Notes: generated by a model from the sequence alone, not told the origin. DNA of 62,000 bases from Wallemia ichthyophaga EXF-994 (GCF_000400465.1 NW_008806276.1:82001-144000); one strand, 5' to 3'; shown: positions 34,347-46,565, counted from the stretch's first letter. Translations and numbers: made by a program.

Positions 34347-35637
34347 ATGTCTGCAGAATTCGCAAAGTTGATTACTAGAGCTGGAGAAGAAGCATGTGAG
34401 TGATCATGTAAAGGAGTGTGTAGTGATTGACAGTATTTGCAGCTGTAAATTGCGGTAGCAAATACCATGACAATTCATTACAAGGGTGAGTCGTAATCCT
34501 CCTCTCAGCGTACCTCCCTCACAAATCGCAGTCTTCGCATTGGTGCAATCTTCATCGTAATGGCTACGTCAGCCTTAGGCACACTCCTTCCAATCGTAAC
34601 CGGTAGAGTAAAAGGGCTGGGATTGCCCAAGATATTCTACGATACAATTAAGGTGTGTGTGGTTTTCTGTTTTCTTATGATGTCACCGCTCACCAGCCAT
34701 AGTACTTTGGCTCTGGGGTTATTGTTGCGACTGCTTTCATTCACTTGCTCGCTGAAGCCTTTGAGAAACTCACCGATCAGGAGTGTTTGAGTGGTGCTTG
34801 GAATGATTACAATTGGGCACCAGCTCTCGCGGAAGCTGCAGTATTTGTTAGTGGAAAGTAAGCCGTTAAAAGGTCTTTACTAACCTCTAACAGTTTATCT
34901 TCTTTGCTGAATTGTGGGCTTCAAGACTCGGAAACAAGTACCTCGAAAGACGCGGGATGAACTACGACAATCACGGCCATGACAATGTTGGTGGTATAGC
35001 AGGATCTCATGGTGCAGAAACCTACACACACACCTCTGATTCTCACCCACAAGTCCATGACGCTCCAGCTACCACTATGGCTGATCAGAAATCAACTGAG
35101 ACAAACGACGTGGAGAGCGTCCACTCGATGGGCAGTTTCGGATACAACACCATGTCAATGATTACTGGTGTAGCCATTCTCGAGTTCGGTGTTTTGTTCC
35201 ACTCTGCCATCCTTGGTCTTACACTCGCAACCTCGTCATCGGATGAGTTCAGGGTGCTGCTCATCGTCATTGTGTTTCATCAAATGTTTGAAGGATTAGG
35301 ATTGGGCGCTAGACTTGCGGAGCTGCCTGTGAGGCAGACTTGGATTCCGTACACTGGAGCCACCTGCTATTTCCTCATCACGCCTATCTTTGTCGCTATT
35401 GGTTTGGGTGTTAGAGAGACGTACAATTCTGGATCTACTGCGGCTCTCATCACCACTGGTCTCCTGAACTCTATTTCTGCTGGTATTTTGCTCTACACCG
35501 GTCTGGTAGAATTGCTGGCGCACGACTTTATCTTTAGCTCGCATATGAAGAAGGCGTCCGACATGTATGTCCTGTATGCTGGCTTCTGCGTACTCCTCGG
35601 AGCTGGCCTGATGAGTTTGCTCGGTAACTGGGCGTAG
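34347..35637 (+). CDS. ZIP-family zinc/iron permease (Zrt1/Zrt2-like)
   Basis: LRIGAIFIVMATS, YFGSGVIVATAFIHLL, His-rich loop, LEFGVLFHS, FHQMFEGLGLG. Four introns. Confidence 0.93.
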
Positions 35638-36022
35638 ATACGTTCCTGATACCAACGCCCTCACCCCTTATAGAATTGGAATGGTTATGATAGCCTACTT
35701 TACACTTTTTACACTTTTTAGGATTTACGCGACTTTCTCTAGTCTATCTTGTACACTTAGTTAATACATGGATCAATTGTGCAAATTTTCATGTCAACCT
35801 GGTTTAAAGTGTTCAGTCAGAGTTTACCAAGTAACGTAACGTAAGATGATATTTAACACTGCTCTTACTCTACTCAGCGGTATACGTGTTATACCACCCT
35901 CACACAGGGCACAATCATCGACACGGACACAACAGGCAACGCACGGAATGATTGAAAACATAATCAATTGCTTGGGTTGGCGTACAAGAAGAGTACGAAA
36001 GGCGTAAGAAAGATGCACATAA

Positions 36023-36543
36023 TTAACCGCCCTTCTTCTTGGAGACACCGACAGTCTTTCCTCTACGACCGGTGGTCTTGGTGTGCTGACCGCGAACACG
36101 GATACCCCAGAAGTGTCTGAGACCTCTGTGGGCACGGATCTTCTTGAGACGCTCAAGGTCATCACGCAACTTGGAGTCGACTTGGTTAGAAACGACTTGG
36201 TGGTTCTTACCGTCGCTGACGTCCTTGCGACGGTTAAGAAGCCAAGCAGGGATCTTGAAAGCGGTTGGGTTCTGCAAGATGCTGACGATTCTCTCAAGCT
36301 CATCAGAGTTGAGCTCACCGGCGCGCTTGAAGAGGTCGACATCAGCCTTCTTGATGACGACGTTGGCGTAGCGTGGACCAACACCCTTGATTTCGGTCAT
36401 TGCGTACTGGATCTTTCTCTTACCGTCAACGTTTGTGTTGAGGAGACGCAAGATATGCTGGAACTGCATATGCGGCTCTGGGGCTACGAGGCTGGCCTGT
36501 AAATTCTTAGCAAAGCCTTTTAATATTTGAGATTTCTTACCAT
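36023..36543 (-). CDS. RPS18: 40S ribosomal protein S18 (uS13)
   Basis: ATG|intron 36497-36540|[49 protein letters not shown]. Confidence 0.97.
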
Positions 36544-37342
36544 TTTTGATCTTGTACGTTGACTCGAAGGATTATTTTTTGAAATCTTCTTCCTTCAGGC
36601 GAGCGAGGCTGGCTTAAATTTTTTAATTCGACCAAGCTTCTTGGAGAAGAACGATGAGGATGGCGGTGAGTGGTAGGTCTGTGCTTGGTGTTTGCTTGGT
36701 GTTTGCTTGATTTCTTGTAGTCACCCAGCAGCATCAGTAGCAGCGCGATAACTACCACCACCTCCACCACCTCCAAACATTATGTAAGTCCCCGCTCACT
36801 CCACACACGCCATCCACATGATCGAAAAGCCCACGGTTATTAGGGCTCTCTACTGGCACCTCTTATTTTAAGGTGGACACACGCACCGTCTTCCCGTAAG
36901 CTCAGCCGGCAGCTGTGTTCATCTGATGATTTGAATTTCATAACTGAATCTCGATGGCTGTGTGCAATGTTGTTTGTTGCATTTTAGCTGACGTTGTTAC
37001 AGGTCTTTGTGAATATTTTCACTTTTATAACTTTGTTTACTTTATATATACAGTTTCATACGCCTATTTTTAATATTTTTGCCTACGCTCACATTTACTC
37101 TCCCAAGCAGCCCCCATCACCCAAAACATTCGGTAAAAAGCATTTATTAGCGAATAAGCGAATCGGCGTAGTGATAAAAGAAAAAAAGAAAAAACTCCAG
37201 AAATTGAGAGGAAGAGGTACTTGAAAGGTAAAGTGGGTATAGAAATTCCTTAAATAATGCATCTTGTGCGAGTGAGAATTTTCCTTCTAAAGAGTGTGTG
37301 TGTGTAGAGAGAGATAGAGAGTAGAGATTGACAGTATAGAAA

Positions 37343-38456
37343 TTACTTGTTGGCCTTTCTCAAACTAAACGACCTTACGAGTTCGTCTAATGGGGAGGCG
37401 ACAGAGTGTCTATTAGTATTATTAGATTGTCCATTATTAGGTGGTGGTGGTGGTGCGAGTATATCGTGGCTACTCCTCGATTGCTGTTCCCATGCCCCGA
37501 ATGAGTGTTCCGAATGTGGGCGGAACATGGATCTATCGCTGTTGGACCGAGCGAGGAGAGAGTCGCGTCGGGAGTGAGAGTGGGAAGAGGGTGTAAAAGA
37601 GCGTCTGCTTGAGGCTGCTGCGATGGCGCCTGCACCTGCTGCACCTGCTGCTCCTGCGCCTACGCCGAGCATGTTAGAGTTGTTTGTGGTGTTACCTGCA
37701 GCAGCACCATCTGTAGCTGCACCATTTGTAGCATCACCATCTGTAGCTACACCACCACCACCAGCACTCCCACCACTCGCCAACGCCGCCTCTTGGGCTT
37801 GTTTACCACTCAAGGCACGCTGCTTGTTGCGCTTGCGAGTGAGGAGGAAGAGTAGGAGGCCGAGGAGTGCGAGTGCGCCGACGATAGAACCGACAATAGG
37901 ACCAGCAATCCACGCTCTGTCGTTGCTGCTGTCCGAGTCGCTGAGAGTCGCGGATGGAGAGGCTGTACGAGAGGTTAAGGGGTGTTTCGTGGGACAGTGC
38001 GCTGAGCTTACCGGAGAAGAGGGAAGAGGAAGAGGAGAGGGAGGAGAGGGATGACTGTAATGACTGTGATGATTGTAGAGAATGCGTAGACTGCGATGAC
38101 TGCGATGACTGCGACGAATCCAATGACTGTGAGCTGATAGAACTCTGTGTGCTCTGAGAACTAACGCTGCTAACGCTGCTAACACTGCTAACACTACTAG
38201 CGCTACTAGCACTGCTAACACCGCTCTGTATCGATAAGCTGCTGACGCCCCCACCAATCATCGTAGTTCTACCGTCCGTCGCTGCATCTGGAGAAGCGAA
38301 AGTAGGTGCTGGGCTCTGAGTACTTAAGATGATTGTTCCGGTGCCGTCGCCGCCAGCACCATCGTCACCACCATCAAACCACAAATCCCTCTTATTCGTA
38401 CGCATCAAACGCCTCGGGTTCCTCGTCAGTGAGGGTATAGAATGTGCATCTGACAT
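37343..38456 (-). CDS. Ser-rich single-pass membrane protein (Mid2/Wsc/Skg6-like architecture)
   Basis: Ser/Gln-rich ectodomain, one intron (GTAAGC..CAG), then TM IAGPIVGSIVGALALLGLLLFLL followed by RKRNK. Both ends are uncertain. Confidence 0.65.
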
Positions 38457-38641
38457 GGTAATTGATAGCCGTGTCTAATTATTATTTGTTATTAAAATGA
38501 GCGTGATTTGCTGTTTTCTATTTATCTTCCTCTTGGTTCTGAATCAGATGCACCTAGCAGTCGTCGATTCGCTAAAAATTATTTTGTAAATTATTTTCTA
38601 TTTTATACAGCGCGCATTATCAACACTCATTACTCAGCTCA

Positions 38642-40496
38642 CTACACTACACTCCCTCCCTTAACCCACCTCATTCCCCCTTCCACCATCGTCACACTCC
38701 CCGGCCTAAGCGCGTGCAGTGCCAACCTAGCTCCCACCTCTCCCACTGCCACCAAACACGCGATAACAATCAGCCATATGATTATTATCGTTATCCTGCT
38801 CATTCCCTGCTCATTGACGTGTTCGTGAATGACTGTTTGCTTAATTAGTTTCTGCGATATTCCCCTAATGCTTACTTACTGTCTAACAAATCTCCCGCAA
38901 CCGCTAACCGCTCATTCAGTGTCTGTACCCGCGCTCCTATTTCGAAATAATCCCTCCCCGCATCGTATAGCGCTTTGAGTCCAGCTTCTGACCAGAATAG
39001 CTCAGGTACATCGAGCACATTACTCACCAGATTAACATCCACACGCAATTTGAATAGCTTTCCTGTCAGTCGTATAGCCTGTCGACGATCGAGTGCTAAT
39101 GTCCCTGTCGCTGCCAGTTCCTTAGGTATAGTCGATGCACTATCTAGTACTCCCAGCGTCAATTCTTCAAACGCAGACAATTTCGTCGACTGCGCTAGAG
39201 CATGTGCCAATGACAGCTTCAAATAGTGCGAATTAGTCTTGAGAGTGAAGAAATCGTTCAATATCCTCGACGATGGTATGTTACTGTCTTGACCATAGTG
39301 ACATTGCTCCATCTCCCGACTATCTGGGTGCAGAGGTCGGACTACTACACCGGCATTCACCATGTCTTGCAATATATCCCGCTCTTGACTTTCTGTCATG
39401 TTGTAAAATACTGAAACTCCCTATCGCCCAGTTGTTAGCGTTGTTAGCTAACAGACTCACACTCCCAACTTACATAGTCAAAATGTATCACCTCCGCTAC
39501 CGTATCATTCACACTTTCCAGCTGCGTCTTCCATTTCCGTTTCGGTTTCGCTTTCTCTTTCTGAGTCTTTGTCTGTGTCTGCCTTCTCGACTCAGTGCTC
39601 TGCACATCGGCATCGTCGCGAGGTTCGTCCGTGTTGCTTTCTGGAATAGCTGCAACACTCGCACTACCATTCCCGCTCTCGTCCACACTGCCAGCAACGC
39701 CACCACCCTCGCGAATAAATCCATCGTCGTCAATCCTAGGGGGACTATTAGCGACGTCGTCGAAGGGGCGCTGGTGGCTATGATCCATCTCTGCTAGCTG
39801 GGGTAGCTCGTCTGCTTCCTCGTACATATCGATAATGCTGCCCCCGCCTGGGCTACGGGAGGGGTTGCTTGAACGAATACACGAAGCTGCGCTGTATCCT
39901 GGAAGCAAGGGACGATGGTAGACTGTGTAGATAGCCTCATCGTACTGCCTCGCCCATGCATTGTGCTCCCGCTTGCTGTATGCCGCTAGACTGCGCATCT
40001 TGTACCGCTCCCCCACGGCGTATGCGGTGAGACGATTGTGCGACGCTCGCTCTCGCTCCTCCTTCCCCATTCGCTCAGCCAGCCTGAACCGCGCCGACGT
40101 TCGCTCTTCTTCTTCTTCTTGTTGCTGTTCGTGCGCTGTGGGTGGGCGGTGCATGTGGCTGCCGGATGTACTCTCTCCCCTCTCACTCTCGTACGGCAAC
40201 GCTCGCGTCTGTATCTCCCCCGGCAGGAATACGTGTTTTTGGGATAGCTTCGACGTACGCACTGGGAGTGACTGCTTCGGAGGTCCTCGTGGAGGTGTGC
40301 CGCGCCCGATGAATCCATCTGATTGGTATTGGGAGTGGTGTGGTTGGTTTGTTAGAGATGCTGATGCTGATAATGCTGATTGCGGCTTGCGTAGATCGTA
40401 CGCTGTCCTCGCTATGCCTGGCAGCGGAACCTTAGCACGCCGCGCGTGTGTGTGCGCTGTGTGCGCTGTTTGCGTTGATTCGTTCGAGCTGCTCAT
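38642..40496 (-). CDS. RMD1/Sif2-family DUF155 protein
   Basis: RLTAYAVGERY, FDYGVSVFYNMTESQE, AQSTKLSAFE, GKLFKLRVDVNLVSNVLDVPELFW and a C-terminal TM. Two introns. Confidence 0.88.
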
Positions 40497-40559
40497 GGAG
40501 GTAAAGGTACAAGAGAGATAGTGTATTTTACCATGAATTATAATCCATGCATTGTACAA

Positions 40560-41183
40560 TCAAAGATCCTTCTCGGCGCTGCTCCTGTACTCACTTCTAT
40601 CGCTATCGCTGACGTATTCGAAATCCTCACTGGATCTGGGGAAGTTTGTCAAGTCAGTATCGATAGCTGGAGTTGATTGAGTTGCACTAGTAGATTGAGG
40701 TATACCATTTGTACCACTGGCGCCTCTCAGCTGATCCCAGCGTGAGCTACCCGCGTTACTACCAATACCATGGCTACTACTGCCACCACTGTCACCACGA
40801 ACCGTCTCCACACTCCCGCCGCCAGCCATCCTCTGCGCCCGCTTTACATCGCTCTCCCTGCTGATTCTCGCCAGCGTCTGGAGAACGACGCGTGGATCTC
40901 TGCCTTCTTGATTGAAATGACTGGCGAAACTCATCGCACCGACGTACTGGCCGAGGAAAGTGCCACTCACTCCACCCGCAAATGCCGGTAACGCCCATCT
41001 GCGCTGGTACCGCCTAGCCAGGTAGAAGAGCGAGCCCGCACCAGCCACAGCGCCGAATCCAACGTATCTGAGAGTTGTCTGGAGTGAGTTGTTGAGCATA
41101 TCCAGACTGTGTGTTGTGTGAGGTGTGAGATTTGTGCAAGCGTCGAGCATTCGCTGGCTGCTCGGCTGCTCCCACCCACTCAT
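40560..41183 (-). CDS. Hypothetical two-TM membrane protein
   Basis: Two Gly/Ala-rich hydrophobic segments and an SRWDQLR tail. Probable short in-frame intron near the 5' end. Confidence 0.6.
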   Translation of the reverse strand: MSGWEQPSSQRMLDACTNLTPHTTHSLDMLNNSLQTTLRYVGFGAVAGAGSLFYLARRYQRRWALPAFAGGVSGTFLGQYVGAMSFASHFNQEGRDPRVVLQTLARISRESDVKRAQRMAGGGSVETVRGDSGGSSSHGIGSNAGSSRWDQLRGASGTNGIPQSTSATQSTPAIDTDLTNFPRSSEDFEYVSDSDRSEYRSSAEKDL

Positions 41184-41256
41184 TCGCCTTGAGCTCCCCT
41201 TTGCTTATGTACTCCTCTACTAGCTCCCTATCTAGCCTTGTTCTCCGTTAGCTTGG

Positions 41257-41802
41257 CTAATTTCCTTTCTCGTCCACCCACTGTATCACTTTCGGCATTT
41301 TTATCTTGAATGACGTCGCGAACAAAGCAGGAAACTGTCGAATCGTCGACCAACTTGTTAAAATTTGGGATAAAATTAAGTCGATTGGGGCTGGATCCTT
41401 AGCTTTTGCCTGTAGATTCTTGCTCATTATACCCACTCTCCATTGTCTGCTCGACCATTTTGAACATTGAAACACCGAATTAGCTTGAAAGACACAGTAC
41501 AATTTGTATAATTTAGCAGCACCATTATAATCATAGATTCTCAAGCAATCCAACTCTACCTTTATGTCAGCCATCCACCCAATTTCCAGACTTCAACTTG
41601 CACTTAGCAGTTATCAGGATTCTTGCCTTTTATCATCTTCAAATAAAAAGGCTTGATAAATTGCCCTGATCCGTATTTTTAAGACTATACTAAAATTAGT
41701 CCTCTTCGGTAGCAATTTCGCCCTGTATTCTCCTTTGCCGTTTATATCCGGCATCACTATAGAGCACCCACGTGAGCAGATAACCAAGAGAGAGAGATAC
41801 AC
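41257..41802 (-). pseudogene. Decayed coding relic of unknown family (related to 10070-10490)
   Basis: Broken ORFs. Shares TCAGGGCnATTTATCAAGCnTTTTTATTTGnAGA with the relic at ~10220-10255. Confidence 0.35.
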
Positions 41803-41867
41803 GCTCTCATTTAATGTATCATATACATTTCAACATACATGCCATTCCATATTTCTAATTCTAATTT

Positions 41868-42659
41868 CTAATCCAGTGCAAGATGTTCAAAAGCCTTGCC
41901 GAGTTTGTGTTGCAAGTCTAAAGCCGGTGTATTTTTCGCCTTCTCTTCCTGCTCCTCTTTAACTTGCTCGCCCTCCTCATCGCCTTCCAACATGAAAACG
42001 TCTGCACCAGCATCAACGAGTGCGTCTCTGAGGGTGTGCGGCATGACCTCATACTCATCAGGATAAGCGTTGAGGGTAGCGATAGGATCCAACAGCACCA
42101 CTGCGAGTTTTTTGTGTGGGTATTTCTCGCTGAAATGGCTGCATACTCTACTGGCAAAATTTTCAACAGCAACTGCATCCAAATCCTCCTGCTCATCGCA
42201 CAGCTTCTGCAAGTCTTCCTTCTCCTCGAGCTCCATAGCGAGTATATCGCTCACCTCGATCAGTTTCTCGTTGTATCTCACGAATGTCTTCTCGTCTTGG
42301 CTGTCTCTGTCTGCGTACATATCGATCAGCTCGTCGTGCGCTTTGCGAGCGGTACCACTGAGATGTGAGCGGAATTGTTGAGTGAATTGCTCAAAATGCA
42401 CTGCGTTCCTAAGGTCGGTGAGGGTGAACACTAGCTTGTCATGAACAGCTTCTCCAGTCACACCTACGTCTACCACCAACATCTTCTCTTCTTCGTCAAT
42501 ATGCGCTAGTAGAAACACATGCGTTGCCACCTCTTCTTCACTAAGCGACGAAAGCGGCTTGATCGAGTCACCCAAGTTGAGATCACTGAGGTTGCTGATA
42601 TCGCTCAGGTCGCTCAATTCCGAGGTACTTGAGGTGTTTTCGACGTCTTGTTTTGTCAT
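41868..42659 (-). CDS. Hypothetical acidic protein (~263 aa)
   Basis: Long uninterrupted ORF, strongly D/E-rich, with globular-looking composition. No family recognised. Confidence 0.7.
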   Translation of the reverse strand: MTKQDVENTSSTSELSDLSDISNLSDLNLGDSIKPLSSLSEEEVATHVFLLAHIDEEEKMLVVDVGVTGEAVHDKLVFTLTDLRNAVHFEQFTQQFRSHLSGTARKAHDELIDMYADRDSQDEKTFVRYNEKLIEVSDILAMELEEKEDLQKLCDEQEDLDAVAVENFASRVCSHFSEKYPHKKLAVVLLDPIATLNAYPDEYEVMPHTLRDALVDAGADVFMLEGDEEGEQVKEEQEEKAKNTPALDLQHKLGKAFEHLALD

Positions 42660-43500
42660 TGCGTGGTACAGCGAGAGAAGGCGAGAAGAGTGATTCGCGC
42701 ACAGATAAGGGACAGATGAACAGATGAGCTGATGCACAGACGCGCAGTTGCACAGCTAAAGAATACGCCTAACGCACACTGCATAAGTAGAGCGTGCCGT
42801 ACGTGCCGTGTGTCAAAGTAAATTGGAGTTACAATTATAGTAACATATTACATGTACATTCAAGTATGCATTACATTTCACACTACACGCACCCAGTAGA
42901 AAACGCAAGGCAACACCCATCATCACACCCGCCGCTCCGAACGAAATAAGCAACGAATGGCTCTGGATCGCTGAGCTGCTTCGTCTACCTAATCCTACGC
43001 TCAGCCGCTTCCTTCTTCTCCCTATCCCCCTCTACTGTATTACGCGCTTTTTCCTGCTTGGTTTCTCTTACCTGCCTCTTGAAGTTGTTGAGGATATCGT
43101 TGGGTGTCTATGGAGATTGGTGTGTGGGGAGTATCTTCAGTGCCATAGTTGAGAATTTTGTCGTCTACCACTTCTATCCTATCGCGACAGTCAATCATCG
43201 CCTAGAAATCGCCAGCTCGCTGCCAACTTACTTCAGTGGATGATGGTCTAGAAAGTAGCAAGGTCATTGGAATGTGTGTGGTGTGCAGAAGAGCGTATTT
43301 CAGGGATCTATCTCCACTATCTGCGTAAAGTGGGCGTTTATACCACTTCTAGCTGAATATTTTCACTTAAAGCTCATAAAACACGCTACGCATCACCGAA
43401 GCACCAACCATACACTCCCTGCAACGCACGCACTCTACCTACAAACCATTCACTCACAATCACCTCTCGATCCTCCTTCAAATAGTCACACATCACGCCC

Positions 43501-43767
43501 ATGTCCATGCCAGCGAAAGAGGAAATAAACGCGCCAACGCCAGGAGACATAAACCAAGTGCGAGAATGGCTGACAGAGCACAATTACACCACAGATCCAA
43601 TGCAAGCGGTGCAGGAATTGAAGGAGCTAGTAAACGCACACGCCAGGCAGACGAGTGAGGGACTGGAAGTGGAGGAAGGGTATTCGGAGGCTTTCACCAA
43701 GCTCAGCGCGCTCATCAATAGCTTCAGATTCGCTTTAGCGGAGGAACAGCGCAGACAAGAGCAGTAA
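43501..43767 (+). CDS. Hypothetical 88-aa helical protein
   Basis: Clean ATG-to-stop ORF with amphipathic-helix composition, flanked by AT-rich sequence. Confidence 0.55.
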   Translation: MSMPAKEEINAPTPGDINQVREWLTEHNYTTDPMQAVQELKELVNAHARQTSEGLEVEEGYSEAFTKLSALINSFRFALAEEQRRQEQ

Positions 43768-44111
43768 AGGTATATCTTCAATTGTAATCATGTATAAATC
43801 GTTAAATAGCCATTGATAGACCATCTCTAGCCCACCATTGGCTGTCTGCGTTGCCACCACTCCACCTCCTCAGTACCACTCCAATCTCACCAGGGAAAAG
43901 AGAAATAATGATAAAAATAAGCTAGGAATACAACTGAGCCTACAAACACCCTTCACACACCCTCCCATACTCTCCACGGTTTAAAATCAGATTTTCATTT
44001 CAATCGCATCTCAGCAGAATTGCTCGCCTTCTTCCCCCAGCGACCTTCAGCAAGTAAAGTGAGGAAATTGAATAAAACAACGAAACCAAGCTCACAGAAT
44101 ATTTAACCAGG

Positions 44112-44734
44112 ATGCCTCACTCATTTGGTCTCCGCGCTCGTACCCGTCACTGTGAGTATGGCTTACAAGTTTTATTAAATGGCTGATGGAATGAGCAAGT
44201 GTTCTCCCGTAACTTCAAGGGTGTGTGAGGTGTACCCAACTCGCTGCATAGTCTAACGTCCCTCAGAGCACGGTCCAATCCACCTTAAAACCTACCTCAC
44301 TCCATACAAGGTTGGTGACATTGTAGACATCAAGGCTAACCCAGGTGAGCAACGCGGTATGCCACACAAGTTCTACCACGGGTGAGTTTTCATTCAAGCC
44401 CAAGAAGGCGCCACTCATTCCTCCATACAGTCGCACCGGTATCGTATTCAACGTCGCTCCACGTGCCGTTGGTGTCATCGTCTACAAGATTATCCGCTCC
44501 CGCTACATCGAGAAGCGTGTCAACTTGCGTATTGAGCACGTCAAGCACTCCAAGTGTCGTGAGGAGTTCTTGAGACGCGTTAAGAGCAACAGACAAGCTC
44601 TCTCTGAGGCTAAGCAAAAGGGCGAGCGTGTCAACCTTAAGCGTTCACCAAAGCAACCACGTGAAGGTCAAATGCTCAAGTCAAAGACTACTCCAGAGAC
44701 CATCGCTCCTATCGCTTACGATACTTACATTTAA
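44112..44734 (+). CDS. RPL21: 60S ribosomal protein L21 (eL21)
   Basis: [47 protein letters not shown]. Three coding introns plus a probable 5'-UTR intron. Confidence 0.97.
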
Positions 44735-44859
44735 ACTCGAAGAGTCTTTGTATTTGGCACTATTCATTCAAAACACTTGCTTAAAAATTCTTGTGAAATT
44801 GTCTCAAACCAAGTATTCATTCGAATTTCTGATATTAGAATACCCAGCCTTAGAAATTG

Positions 44860-44922
44860 TCTGCACACATACTGCTGATAAGCCTTTTGAATGCCCTCAC
44901 CCGAGCTGCGATAAACGTTTCG
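44860..44922 (+). pseudogene. Isolated C2H2 zinc-finger linker fragment
   Basis: THTADKPFECPHPSCDKRF resembles HTGEKPFxCxxxxCxKxF, with no complete finger or gene around it. Confidence 0.35.
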
Positions 44923-45046
44923 TAGGAAAATAAATGTCTCAAAAAATATTCATTCATTTGAATTCTTGTTATATAAAGTTGATAAGGGTAATTGAATCAA
45001 TGAAATTGTATCATATGTTGAAATCCGCTGCATTCATTCAAACGTC

Positions 45047-45217
45047 TTAATAGACTGGTTGTCTTCCGATTCCAAAGAAGTTTTCCTCTGAGTTCTAAGT
45101 GGTGTCAGTGTGTGCTAAGCGCGCTCGGTGTGCCGGCTGTGTATTTCAAACACTCACAACTGGTACAGCGGTTACTGCTGCGAATGCTGCTGCTAAAGCT
45201 ACTAATTTGATTTGCAT
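45047..45217 (-). CDS. 35-aa secreted micropeptide MQIKLVALAAAFAAVTAVPV|NSEENFFGIGRQPVY
   Basis: Exon 45217-45158, intron 45157-45095 (GTGAGT..CTGAC..TTAG), exon 45094-45047. A at -3, TATAA ~55 bp upstream, textbook signal peptide. Confidence 0.7.
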
Positions 45218-46013
45218 ATTTCAATTTAACTGTCGTCGTTCGTCTACAAGATGTGAGCCGAGCGAGCAGTTATAAGTGATCCGACACTTGAATGCAGTTA
45301 CAAATAAAATTAATATTCTGGAACGTATTCGATAGCAAGGCACATGAGACTGTACAGATTCACGCATTCTCCATTCACTCTCACTCCCCTCGCCTTACGA
45401 ATGAGTTAACGCGTTCCTGTCCCTGGAATGTCCAATGAGGACTAATTGAAGTGGGGCACGTAAAAAAGTGTCATTTTAAGCGTATTGAGCAATATTATAT
45501 ACGCGTTTATTGTGGTTGTTGGGATTTTCTGCGTGTATGCAGCTATCTACATAGCGCATACGGTGAGCAAATAGGAGGAGCGATTATCGCGCGCTAATCA
45601 AATAGCCTTTCAGTATCTCTCTTTTATTTCTTAGGGCGCATATCACACTCGCACTCGTGATATCACTGTCGGCGAAATGAAATGTAATCAATTAATAACG
45701 CTGGAGCTGTCATATACAGCGTGACTTACGCTAGGTCTATCATCTTGGAATTTGTTTGGCTTGTGGAGATTACTTAGATGAGGGAATTATGTGCACTACT
45801 CTCTGTGCCTTCTTTGGAATTAATTACGGGTAAATTTTGATCCAATTGATCCATTCTAAACCTAGTTGGCACGCCAAACATGGCTATACATTCTTAGTAT
45901 TTCAAATTGGCTGTCTAAAAACAGTACAGAATGCATATTGCATTTAACGCGTTGGTAAAATCCACGTGATTTATGTCACTTTGAATAATTCGAGCCGTTG
46001 TCTATGTCTGGGA

Positions 46014-46565
46014 ATGTCTACAGTTTCCAACGATAAAGAGCATATAAGCCCAAGTCCAAGCCATACAGACAATAAGACTTTACCGGTAGTCCGTATAACC
46101 GGTAACGTGGGGTGCTGTACATTAACCCGGGTACGCTGCACACGGTAAATTATAATCTATACTCTAGCTGATGATGTGCCAACCACTGTGGCCACCTATA
46201 CCACAACACGTAGCACCTCCATCTCCTCTAATTCTCTCTCTCACATGATCTTGCAAAGCCTGCAGAGCAGAGCGGATGGACTATACCAGAAAGCGCACCA
46301 AACAATCCACCCACTGCACCTCTGTTTGGCTATTTTCAGCTGCTTACTTACGCTCATAGGAGTTTGCAGTTTGGTAGCGTGAGCAAATACAAAAACGCAC
46401 GCACACAGCTAAAGTCGTCTAATCAGTGATAAAGAGGACCTGCCAATAGGTCCACACTCATACAAGGCTGGGATCGTTGCACTCGTCGCTGCCGTCTTTC
46501 TTTGGTTCGGAAATAGTTATTTGGTTTATAATCATTACATTAGCAAGTTAAGAAGGGGTGTGTAG
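46014..46565 (+). CDS. Hypothetical ~145-aa two-TM protein
   Basis: Two GT-AG introns (GTAACG..CTAG; GTGAGC..CTAATCAG) join the pieces in frame. TMs LHLCLAIFSCLLTLIGVCSLV and AGIVALVAAVFLWFGNSYLV. Confidence 0.55.

Noticed and set aside
36780-36930. AAGTCCCC / hairpins / CTGA as RNase MRP or snoRNA
   Set aside because: Motif spacing is incompatible with MRP, there is no proper C box (RTGATGA), and no rRNA-complementary guide was recognised.
42880-43400. Possible micro-exon gene on the minus strand
   Set aside because: Several GT/AG pairs exist, but no start-to-stop model could be built consistently.
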